Below the pieces are notes generated by a model that made no database searches, was not told the origin of the DNA, and saw nothing but the letters and a program-made list of their open reading frames with translations. The position numbers and the translations under genes were made by a program. From contig OZ243981.1 of assembly GCA_965214825.1 (NCBI GenBank), forward strand, positions 3,583,910 through 3,647,909: DNA of 64,000 bases. The letters run 5' to 3'. The DNA is from an uncultured Pedosphaera sp. (GTDB lineage: Bacteria > Verrucomicrobiota > Verrucomicrobiia > Limisphaerales > AAA164-E04). Shown piece after piece: positions 40,283-48,081 of this stretch. Numbering within the stretch: the stretch's first letter is position 1; each line of letters begins with the position of its first letter.

Positions 40283-40603
40283 TTGGAAGACATGATAATC
40301 GAAGTCAAAGGCGGCAAGAATGTGAAAGTTGAAACGGTTCGCGCCCTGCGCGGCGCACGCCCTAAACGTGGAGCCGAGATGGCCGGGCTTATCCTGCTAG
40401 AAACAATCAGCAACCGCCAACGCCAATACTTTGAATCAGAAATCTCGGACGCCTTCACGAAGTTCTCGGAACGCAATATCCCCGCTGCCAACTGCTCACG
40501 GTGGAAGAAATCCTGAAAGGCAAACGGTTTCAGACACCTTCCGTCGTTGGGCGCGGACTAGTGGACCCTGTTCTCCCTGGCATTTCCAGCGGCATCAGCC
40601 ATC
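40283..40603 (+). pseudogene. C-terminal fragment of restriction-endonuclease-like protein, copy 2 (frameshifted)
   Basis: The first ~45 nt and last ~110 nt are near-identical to copy 1. The middle is divergent with a small deletion that shifts the frame near 40450. There is no stop, so it reads through toward the next gene. Confidence 0.5.
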
Positions 40604-40628
40604 CTCGCCATCGAGTCAAATTAAACTC

Positions 40629-40651
40629 AAAACCCATAAATACTTATTGCG
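40629..40651. repeat. solo IS/MITE right-end TIR
   Basis: aaaacccataaatacttattgcg matches the right TIR (aagcccacaaatgcttatcgcg), in inverted orientation to the IS left end at 36317. Confidence 0.55.
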
Positions 40652-40668
40652 ATAAAATCAGTAATCCA

Positions 40669-40986
40669 ATGACCAAAAAAGAACTCGAAGGAAGACTTGC
40701 TGCATTCCGTTCAGACGACAAGGCAGCTTTGCGAGGAGCTGATTTGAGGGAGGCAAACCTGGTGGAGGCAGATTTAGAGGGGGCAAACCTGGAGCAGGCA
40801 AACTTGCGAGGAGCAAACTTGCGAAAAGCAACCTTGAGGTGGGCCAACTTACTGCTGGCAGACATGGGATGGGCCAACTTGAAGGGGGCGAACTTGCAGG
40901 GAGCAGACTTGCGGGGAGCAAACTGGCTGAGGGCAAAAATGACGGGAGTTAACTGGGATGGGGCAAAATTGAATAGAGCTAACTAA
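40669..40986 (+). CDS. pentapeptide-repeat protein, paralog 1 (105 aa)
   Basis: MTKKELEGRLAAFRSDDKAALRGADLREANLVEADLEGANLEQANLRGANL... has A(D/N)LxG periodicity throughout. Confidence 0.85.
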   Translation: MTKKELEGRLAAFRSDDKAALRGADLREANLVEADLEGANLEQANLRGANLRKATLRWANLLLADMGWANLKGANLQGADLRGANWLRAKMTGVNWDGAKLNRAN

Positions 40987-41047
40987 CTGGAGACAAACCG
41001 ACACGTTTAACTCCATACGAATCACTATAAACAAAACCAGCAATCCG

Positions 41048-41548
41048 ATGACCGAAAACGAATTTAAAGAAAGACTTGCTGCATTCCGTGCAGGCGACAA
41101 GGCAGCTTTACAATACGCAGACTTACGAGGCGCTGATTTGCGAGGCGCTAACTTGAAGAATGTAGACTTGCAGGGCGCAAACATAGGAGGCGCAGACTTA
41201 CGAAAAGCATGCTTGCGAGGCGCTAACTTGAAGTTTTATAATATCCTACAGGATGCAGATTGGGAGGATGTAGACTTGCAGGAGGCTGACTTGCGAGAAG
41301 CAAACTTGAAGTACGCCTATTTATGGAAAGCAAACCTACAGAGTGCTGACTTGAGGGAGGCAAATCTGCAACAAGCAAATTTGTGGAAAGCAAATCTACA
41401 GGGGGCAAACTTACAGAAAGCAAATTTATGGAAAGCAAATCTACAGGGGGCAAACTTGAAGTGGGCCTGCTTGCAAGGCGTAGACTTAGTAGATACAGAC
41501 CTGACGGGTGCAAATCTGTATGGGACAAAAATGGACAACCAACAATAA
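41048..41548 (+). CDS. pentapeptide-repeat protein, paralog 2 (166 aa)
   Basis: MTENEFKERLAAFRAGDKAALQYADLRGADLRGANLKNVDLQGANIGGADL... has the same N-terminal cap as paralogs 1 and 3. Confidence 0.85.
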   Translation: MTENEFKERLAAFRAGDKAALQYADLRGADLRGANLKNVDLQGANIGGADLRKACLRGANLKFYNILQDADWEDVDLQEADLREANLKYAYLWKANLQSADLREANLQQANLWKANLQGANLQKANLWKANLQGANLKWACLQGVDLVDTDLTGANLYGTKMDNQQ

Positions 41549-41561
41549 AACCGACAATTCA

Positions 41562-42133
41562 ATGACAAAAAAAGAACTCGATCAAAAACTGGATGCATTC
41601 CGTGCAGGCGACAAGGCAGCTTTGCGAGGCGCAGACTTGCGAGGAGCAAACTTAAGGGAAGCAGACTTGAAGTTGGCGAACTTGAAGGGGGTGTGCATGG
41701 GCTAAACGTGATGTGGACAAACCTACGTGGTGTAGACTTGCAAGGCGCAGACTTGAGGTGGGCCAACTTACTGCTGGCAGACATGGGATGGGCCAACTTG
41801 GAGGGGGCGAACTTGCAGGGAGCAGACTTGGAGCAGGTTATCTTGACGCGGACGAACCTGCAAGGAGCGTACTGGAAGCAGGCGAATTTGAAGGGAGCAA
41901 ACTTGCGGGGAGCAGTTGGCTTGCAGAGGGCTAACTTACAGGAAGCAAACTTGATGCAGGCAACCTTGCAGGGGGTAGACCTGCAGGAGGCCAACTTGCG
42001 GGGAGCAAACCTACAGCGTGCAGACATGGAACGGGCGAACTTGAAGGGAGCAGACTTGCGGGGAGCAAACTGGCTGAGGGCAAAAATGACGAGAGTTAAC
42101 TGGGATGGGGCAAAATTGAATAGAGCTAACTAA
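41562..42133 (+). pseudogene. pentapeptide-repeat protein, paralog 3, split by 1-nt frameshift
   Basis: MTKKELDQKLDAFRAGDKAALRGADLRGANL...NLKGVCMG* (TAA 41703-41705), then ORF 41693..42133 continues LNVMWTNLRGVDLQGADL... One missing base near 41699-41702 would restore a ~190-aa protein. The last ~125 nt plus downstream sequence are near-identical to paralog 1. Confidence 0.6.
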
Positions 42134-42232
42134 CTGGAGACAAACCGACACGTTTAACTCCACACGAATATGTAGGAAAAATGCCCTCGTACCGATTATG
42201 CCCCTGATGCCACCTTTTTCAAATCTGAAGTC

Positions 42233-42393
42233 CGCGATAAATATTTACGGGTTTAACAGGGTGACGCTCAGGCACTCGACCCGTTGACCGCCACCCGCTT
42301 AACAAAAAATCCAATCCTGTGCCTCCTGTAAATCCAGGTGTCCCGAACGAAATCGCCCTCCATAACCATCAAAGCCCATAAATGCTTTTTGCG
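42233..42393 (-). mobile_element. MITE copy C, 161 bp
   Basis: CGCGATAAATATTTACGGGTTT...AAGCCCATAAATGCTTTTTGCG. Perfect 8-bp TSD ctgaagtc at 42225-42232 and 42394-42401. Confidence 0.9.
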
Positions 42394-42503
42394 CTGAAGT
42401 CATTCAATACATTACGAATGTAGAGAGTGTTATCTGCCGTTTCAACAAAGTTCTCGTCAGAGATCGACGTGCTTTTGCTGTTTATGTGTCGCTGGACATT
42501 CGG

Positions 42504-45500
42504 TCAAGGGAGGGGGACTTGCTGGGTGGTGCGGAGGTAGGCGAAGAGGTTTAGTACTTCTTGTTCGGACAGTTGTTCAAGGAGGCTTTCGGGCATCATG
42601 GAGACGGGGGCGATTTCGCGAGATTGGATTTCGGATTGGTCGAGGTGGACGTCTTGGCCAATGGTTCGCAGGGTGAGCCGGCGGGGGGTTTCGTTGGCGA
42701 TGTTGCCGGCGTAGGAGCGGCCGTCGCGTGTGGTGATCATGACGAGTTTGTAGGCGTCTTGAATGTCGCCGCTGGGGTCGAGCACATTGTCGAGGAGGTA
42801 GTCGGGATTGGTGCGGTCGGCGCCGGTGATGTCCGGACCAATGTCGCTGCCGTCGCCATACATTTTGTGGCAGACGCCGCAGGTTTGATTGAAGACGGCC
42901 CGGCCTTGGGAGGCGTTGGCTTGCGCGATAGCCGCGTCTGTCAGCAAGTTGCGGTATTTTGCGTAGGCGGCCTGTTTTTCCGCCGGCAGTTGTTCGATGG
43001 GGCCCCAGATTTCGACAAAGCTGTTGCCGACTACTCGGCGGAGTTGCCGGGCAATGTAGGCGGGGATGTCGCGTTTGGGAAAAGCGCCTCTGCGGAGGGC
43101 GTTTGTCAATATCCGGCCGAAGCGTGGGCGGGAGGAGAGTGTTTGCAGGGCGGCCAGTTTTTCGTCGGCGTTGAAGCGGGGATAACGCGCCAGCAGGGCG
43201 CGGGCGAGGCGGTCGTCATCATAAGCAGCAACGGCGCGGATAGCGTCCAGACGAAGGACGGGCGCGTCGAGGAGGGTGACTAGTTGTTGGCGCAGTTCGG
43301 GGCGTTTCCGCCCGGCTAAACTGTGAAGTGCCCGCTGTTTTTTCTCGATGGGCGTGGCGCGATCGGCCAAGTCGGCCAGCATGGTTTTGGCGGAAGTAAC
43401 GTCGCCGAAGAGTTGCGCGATTTCGGCGGCAAGGTTTCTTATCCGGGAGTCACCGCTTTGTTGCAGTTTGGCGTAGAGCGGCGGCCAATTGGCCGGAGCG
43501 CGGGCGTCGGCGCGTCCTTCGAGGCCGAGGAGGAAGCCTTGGAGAAGGCCGGGCTGGGCTGAGGGCGGGGCGGCGGCGATGCCAGAGGCCAAGACGTCCC
43601 AGGCTTCGGCATCGGTGATTCGGCGGGCGATGCATTGCTGCACTAAATCCAGGCGGCTGGTGGCGGCGAGGGAGAGAGAGCGCGCCGGCGTTTCGGCGGC
43701 CAGAGGCTCCAGGGCGAACCAAATCATCTTGGGTAGGTTGTGATCGCTGTTGTCTTCAGCATGTTGCACGAGGGCGCGGGCAATTGGCCAACAGGCGTCG
43801 TGCGGTATGCGTTGGAGGGCGGCGGCGAGATACAGGCGAACAACGGGGGACGGATCTGATGCTGCCATACCAGCGAACTTGGCAAGCGCGGCGGCTGGCG
43901 GGTTTCGGTCTTCGCAGAGGAACTGCACGGCCCAAGCGCGGATGTGGGCATCTGCATGATCGAGGACGTCGAGGAGTTGAGCTTCTGTCAGGCTTTGGGT
44001 GACGTGCAGTCCCCAGAAGGCGCGGAGTTGATAGTCGCTGTTTTTGTGGTTCGCAAAGAGGCGCTGAAGTTGGCGGCGGGCGGCCGGGGCGAGTTCGCGT
44101 TTGTGGGCGCGGTGTTGCAGCAGGACGCGGGCGCGGCGGGCGTGCCAGGCGCTTTGACTTGTCTGAAGGGCGACGAGAGCTGCATCTGGCAGGGCGGCCA
44201 GGTCGCTGTATCGGCCGGCCCATTCTTGGGCACGCGATTGTTTTGGAGTGATGCGGAAGACGCGCCCGGTGTCTTTGTTCAAAACGTCTTTGCCGCAGAT
44301 GTCGGCGTCGTGCCAATCAAGCACATAGAGGCCGCCTTCGGGGCCAATCTCCATGCTGAACCCGATCCATTGCGCGTTGTTGGCCAGCAGAAAGTCCTCG
44401 CCGTGCCGCGCTATAAAACCGGAGCCTGCCGGTTCGAGCACATCCGCTAAGACAGCGTGTTCGTGGATGTTCGCCATGAAGATTTTCCCGCGGTATTCAT
44501 CGGGAAAAGCGTCTGAAAGATAAACGCGGGCGCCGCCGTGGGCAGAGCGGTGGCGGTGGTCGGCAATAGTGCGAATGTCACTGTAAACGTGCGGGTTGAA
44601 GTGCCGCCCGCCTTGCCGATGGTAGATGCCGCCGGGGATGACATGCCAAAGGTGCGGAATGACGCAGGCGCTGATGAACAACTGCCCCTTGGCGTCGTAG
44701 TCAATGCCCCAAGGGTTGCTGAATCCGTGGGCCACAACTTCAAAACGTTCCTTGATCGGATGATAGCGCCAAACGCCGCCGTTGATTTCGACACCTTCCC
44801 CTGCTAACGCAATGTCCTCGGGGAAGGGATCGCGATGGTGGTAGAGACGGCCTTTGCCAGCGGGCTTGCCGACTTTGGAAGGCGTGGCAAAACCTTGGCA
44901 GCCGTAGAGCCAACCGTCCGGCCCCCAATGCAGGCTGTTCAAGGTTTCGTGGCGGTCGCGGATGCCCCAGCCGGCAAGCCGGACTTCGATGGCGCCCTCG
45001 TCCGCCCGGTCATCGCCGTTGCGGTCCGGCAGGAAAAGCAAGTTGGGCGGAGCGCCAAGCCACAACCCGCCGAAACCCACCGCAATCGCCGCCGGAAAAG
45101 GAATGCCCTCAGAAAAAACCGTGCGTTTGTCAGCTCGTCCGTCGCGGTCGGCATCTTCTAGAATCAGGATGCGGCTGTCGCCAGAATTGGCAAAACCCCG
45201 CCCGCGACTTTCGTAATCCCGATTCTCGGCAATCCACATCCGGCCGCGGTCGTCCCAGCAAAAGGCCATCGGCTGCGTAATCATCGGTTCGGCGGCATAG
45301 ACATTGACCTGAAACCCCTCCGGCAGTGTCATCGCTTCAACCGCGCGTTCCGGCGTCAAAAAAGCCGCCTCGCGGCCCTCCCGCTGCGCAATGCCCCAAA
45401 GCGCCCAAGTACCGCCAAGTCCGCTGAACTCACTCCACGCCCCTGTGATAGCGACATTGCTCCAGGAGCCACTGCGCACCAGCAAGCGATGCTTCGCTAA

Positions 45501-46283
45501 AGTCATTTCGCCGGCTGCCAACCGCCAATCCTCCAGCCGGGCGCGAACCGGACCAAAACCAAGCGCCTCGTCCACCCGCCATCGCTGAGGAAAACCGGGG
45601 TTGTTCGGATGATCAAACACGGCGAGATGTGCCGGCGCCTCCTGCCCGGGCCATTGCAGCCTTGCACGCATCCACAGCGCCTGCTGCCCCTCGGCCGCGC
45701 CATTGCGCTGGCGGGCAGCGTTCACTACCTCGCCAGAAACACCGCCCTGCCAAGCCGGGCGGACAAAGAGACCGCCAAAATCCGCCCGACCAACCGTCAC
45801 CCCCACCTTAGCCTCGCCGCTCCACTCCACATCCAGGCGGTACTGCTCTCCCTCCGCCTGCATCGACCAAGTCTGCGTCTCCCGCAAAACTGCCTGCCCG
45901 CCCTCATCCAGGAGATCATAAACCGTCTGCCAAGCAACAACTTTGCCGGACGCTTGAATCACACTCAACGCCGCCCGCCGCCAATAATCCCCTCCCGCAT
46001 TCTCAAAATAGTCCCGCCCATTCAGACGCGGAAAAGCCCAAAAAATACCAGCCTCCGAACCCCGCTCGCCGGTGAGCCGCCCCCCGCCAGCAGGAGCCGC
46101 CAAAGGATGCAAATACGGACGATGATCCGGCCGCGCATGTTGGACAAGCACCGGGCGGCTCTCTTCGCCTCGAAAGACAGCAAAAACATGGCCCGCCTCA
46201 TCCTGCTCAATGCGGAGTTCCTCGGCTTGTAGCCAAGGCGCTGCCACCGTCAGACCAACCCAAAAAACTCGTGAGAAACTCAT
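42504..46283 (-). CDS. PVC-type heme-binding dehydrogenase-like protein (DUF6807-like N-domain, beta-propeller, HEAT repeats, cytochrome c)
   Basis: ATG 46283 gives the signal peptide MSFSRVFWVGLTVAAPWLQA (the ORF is open to TTG 46319). RPYLHPL-type N-domain, propeller region (PMAFCWDDRGRMWIAEN), HEAT-like helices, C-terminal CGVCHKMYGDG heme c site. Confidence 0.85.
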   Translation of the reverse strand: MSFSRVFWVGLTVAAPWLQAEELRIEQDEAGHVFAVFRGEESRPVLVQHARPDHRPYLHPLAAPAGGGRLTGERGSEAGIFWAFPRLNGRDYFENAGGDYWRRAALSVIQASGKVVAWQTVYDLLDEGGQAVLRETQTWSMQAEGEQYRLDVEWSGEAKVGVTVGRADFGGLFVRPAWQGGVSGEVVNAARQRNGAAEGQQALWMRARLQWPGQEAPAHLAVFDHPNNPGFPQRWRVDEALGFGPVRARLEDWRLAAGEMTLAKHRLLVRSGSWSNVAITGAWSEFSGLGGTWALWGIAQREGREAAFLTPERAVEAMTLPEGFQVNVYAAEPMITQPMAFCWDDRGRMWIAENRDYESRGRGFANSGDSRILILEDADRDGRADKRTVFSEGIPFPAAIAVGFGGLWLGAPPNLLFLPDRNGDDRADEGAIEVRLAGWGIRDRHETLNSLHWGPDGWLYGCQGFATPSKVGKPAGKGRLYHHRDPFPEDIALAGEGVEINGGVWRYHPIKERFEVVAHGFSNPWGIDYDAKGQLFISACVIPHLWHVIPGGIYHRQGGRHFNPHVYSDIRTIADHRHRSAHGGARVYLSDAFPDEYRGKIFMANIHEHAVLADVLEPAGSGFIARHGEDFLLANNAQWIGFSMEIGPEGGLYVLDWHDADICGKDVLNKDTGRVFRITPKQSRAQEWAGRYSDLAALPDAALVALQTSQSAWHARRARVLLQHRAHKRELAPAARRQLQRLFANHKNSDYQLRAFWGLHVTQSLTEAQLLDVLDHADAHIRAWAVQFLCEDRNPPAAALAKFAGMAASDPSPVVRLYLAAALQRIPHDACWPIARALVQHAEDNSDHNLPKMIWFALEPLAAETPARSLSLAATSRLDLVQQCIARRITDAEAWDVLASGIAAAPPSAQPGLLQGFLLGLEGRADARAPANWPPLYAKLQQSGDSRIRNLAAEIAQLFGDVTSAKTMLADLADRATPIEKKQRALHSLAGRKRPELRQQLVTLLDAPVLRLDAIRAVAAYDDDRLARALLARYPRFNADEKLAALQTLSSRPRFGRILTNALRRGAFPKRDIPAYIARQLRRVVGNSFVEIWGPIEQLPAEKQAAYAKYRNLLTDAAIAQANASQGRAVFNQTCGVCHKMYGDGSDIGPDITGADRTNPDYLLDNVLDPSGDIQDAYKLVMITTRDGRSYAGNIANETPRRLTLRTIGQDVHLDQSEIQSREIAPVSMMPESLLEQLSEQEVLNLFAYLRTTQQVPLP

Positions 46284-46431
46284 CCGCCAAAATCTGCCCC
46301 GCTTCCGCCGCCAACGCAACCATTTTGAACCGACAACCCTCTCCGCCGATCTCTAAAAACGGGACAGCGCCCGCACAGCCACCACCCCCAGCGCAGTAAT
46401 GAATTCATCGTAACCGATTCTGTTCAGACAG

Positions 46432-47295
46432 TTAAAAGCAAATACGCGGAGGCCGTCCACTTTCTTCCGGAACGTACGACGAAGGCCACACGTCGCTCGA
46501 AAGGCACCGGCCTGACAACCAACGCTTTTCATCCGGCGACCAATACAACGCCAGCTCGATAGCACAGATAAAACCTTTATATCCAACAATGTCATACCCC
46601 GCACGAAACCGAGCCCATTCGATGCCACGATGCTTTTTCAACACATCTGCCGGTTTTACCCGATAGCCAATTATAGGATCCCCAAATATGTTAGTAGAAT
46701 TACCCTCGTGAACAGTGGTTGCGCCAGGATAGAACAGAAGCGGTTTCAACACATCCTCTGTTCTCGTTTTCCGATTCGGTAGTACATTGAAATGAATACT
46801 GCCAACCCGAATAGAATCATAACGACTCGTCGATAAGAATTCATATGCAGCTCTAGTCCATTCTGACTCCGGCAAGTGATCAAAGGCATTGGTGTTGCCA
46901 TACAAAGCACTAGCATACCACTTAACACCCTTCAGACTCACATTCCAATAATCGGGCTTACGAAATGCAAGAAAGTCTTCGTAAGTCCCTGTTTTCAAAT
47001 AGTAAAACCAACTGGTGAGTTTCTCTGCCAAAGCCAATTGTTGACCTGACGGCAAATGCGAGGCTTTTTCTCGAACCAGCTTCCCGACTAAGTTGGTTAT
47101 ACCGGAGCTATCCATATCCAGCTTTTCCAATCCCTGCCAATGTTTTTGAATCATCTCCACTTTCTCTTTTGTATCCATGCCTGGAGGGAAAACAGGCATG
47201 GGATCAATATTATCATCCCGACGAATAAAGATATAGACCACTAGAATCACCGCTACAATAGCCATCAGAGCGAAAAACTGTTTCAATTGCTTCAT
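46432..47295 (-). CDS. hypothetical N-terminally membrane-anchored protein
   Basis: 287 aa, MKQLKQFFALMAIVAVILVVYIFI anchor, AT-rich body, no family recognised. Confidence 0.6.
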   Translation of the reverse strand: MKQLKQFFALMAIVAVILVVYIFIRRDDNIDPMPVFPPGMDTKEKVEMIQKHWQGLEKLDMDSSGITNLVGKLVREKASHLPSGQQLALAEKLTSWFYYLKTGTYEDFLAFRKPDYWNVSLKGVKWYASALYGNTNAFDHLPESEWTRAAYEFLSTSRYDSIRVGSIHFNVLPNRKTRTEDVLKPLLFYPGATTVHEGNSTNIFGDPIIGYRVKPADVLKKHRGIEWARFRAGYDIVGYKGFICAIELALYWSPDEKRWLSGRCLSSDVWPSSYVPEESGRPPRICF

Positions 47296-47320
47296 AACTA
47301 AAAGGGTTGACTAAAAATCA

Positions 47321-47365
47321 AAAAGATTAAAAACGCTTCCGTGCGGGTTGAAACCGAACGGAAGC
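47321..47365 (-). terminator. Rho-independent terminator after the Cys-rich ORF
   Basis: Minus strand: GCTTCCGT-15 nt loop-ACGGAAGC (8-bp stem, 47335-47365), followed by GTTTTTAATCTTTTTGATTTTT. Confidence 0.6.
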
Positions 47366-47383
47366 ACGCCCATTACAGCAATA

Positions 47384-47809
47384 CTACAAAGTTTGATGAT
47401 CGCCGGTAGCAGCGCTACATTCATCAGCATGTAGCTTCACCACACAATTTGTTTCTTGATTATCAGTTTTGGGGCAGCAATAACCAACCTTAACCTTGTA
47501 TCTTCGTCCCTTTTGGCCCATGCGCCAAAAGGTAGCATGGCAACATTTCTTATCCCAATCACAATCGAAAGGAATTGATTTATATTTATCGGGAGCAGTC
47601 TCGATCTGGATGAGAAAGCTGCAAGACTGCTGACCTGACCCTGATCCCGATCCAGAGCCGTTGTTTATGGCGGCGAAGAGGACGGAGGCGGCCTTGAGGG
47701 CTACCGGGCGGATGAGCGCTTTGGGCGGATGCCCGTTGGTTCCCGACGCGGCCGCTTGTTGCCGCGCCGCCGTTATCGAAGATTTTTGCCCAAGTGATTT
47801 TGCGTTCAT
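47384..47809 (-). CDS. small Cys-rich protein with signal-like N-region and GS linker
   Basis: 141 aa. The GC-rich N-half (..RPVALKAASVLFAAINN) is followed by GSGSGSGSG and then an AT-rich C-half with 8 Cys (CSF..CDWDKKCC..YCCP..NC..EC). No family recognised. Confidence 0.5.
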   Translation of the reverse strand: MNAKSLGQKSSITAARQQAAASGTNGHPPKALIRPVALKAASVLFAAINNGSGSGSGSGQQSCSFLIQIETAPDKYKSIPFDCDWDKKCCHATFWRMGQKGRRYKVKVGYCCPKTDNQETNCVVKLHADECSAATGDHQTL

Positions 47810-48081
47810 ATGGTCTCAACGGTTTTCGCTCTCCGACCGAGGCCGTAACGGCAGCCTCGGTTATTGTTATCGGCAAAAAACGGAAATTTATCCATAAAAA
47901 AATGATTTTTTTCGTTGGCCGGTTTTCACCAACCATTCGGGAATCGCCTTTGCAAAGTTTCGCAGGCTTGTTTTTCGAGGTGGGCCAGTGCTTCGGCTGG
48001 AGGCGGGCGGGCGCAGGCGCCTTTCTCTTTGACGGGCGGGGCGGGTTGGCTTAGTGTTTCCGTTGCTAACGCAGGGTGCGA

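Noticed and set aside
36309-40659. Clean 4.3-kb composite transposon from the IS left end to the solo TIR.
   Set aside because: The flanking octamers (aaacaaac and ataaaatc) match at only 5 of 8 positions, so a single transposition event is not supported. It is reported only as part of the mosaic island.
40501-40668. N-terminal extension of the first pentapeptide ORF (ORF 40501..40986).
   Set aside because: The extension is read-through from endonuclease-like fragment 2 and crosses the solo TIR. The ATG at 40669 gives the same MTKKEL cap as the paralogs.
40652-42232. CRISPR-like periodic repeats in the pentapeptide array; the same check was made for 58516..61821.
   Set aside because: The periodicity is 15 nt (pentapeptide) or 117-156 nt (RCC1), in frame within long ORFs. 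There is no repeat-spacer alternation and no cas genes.
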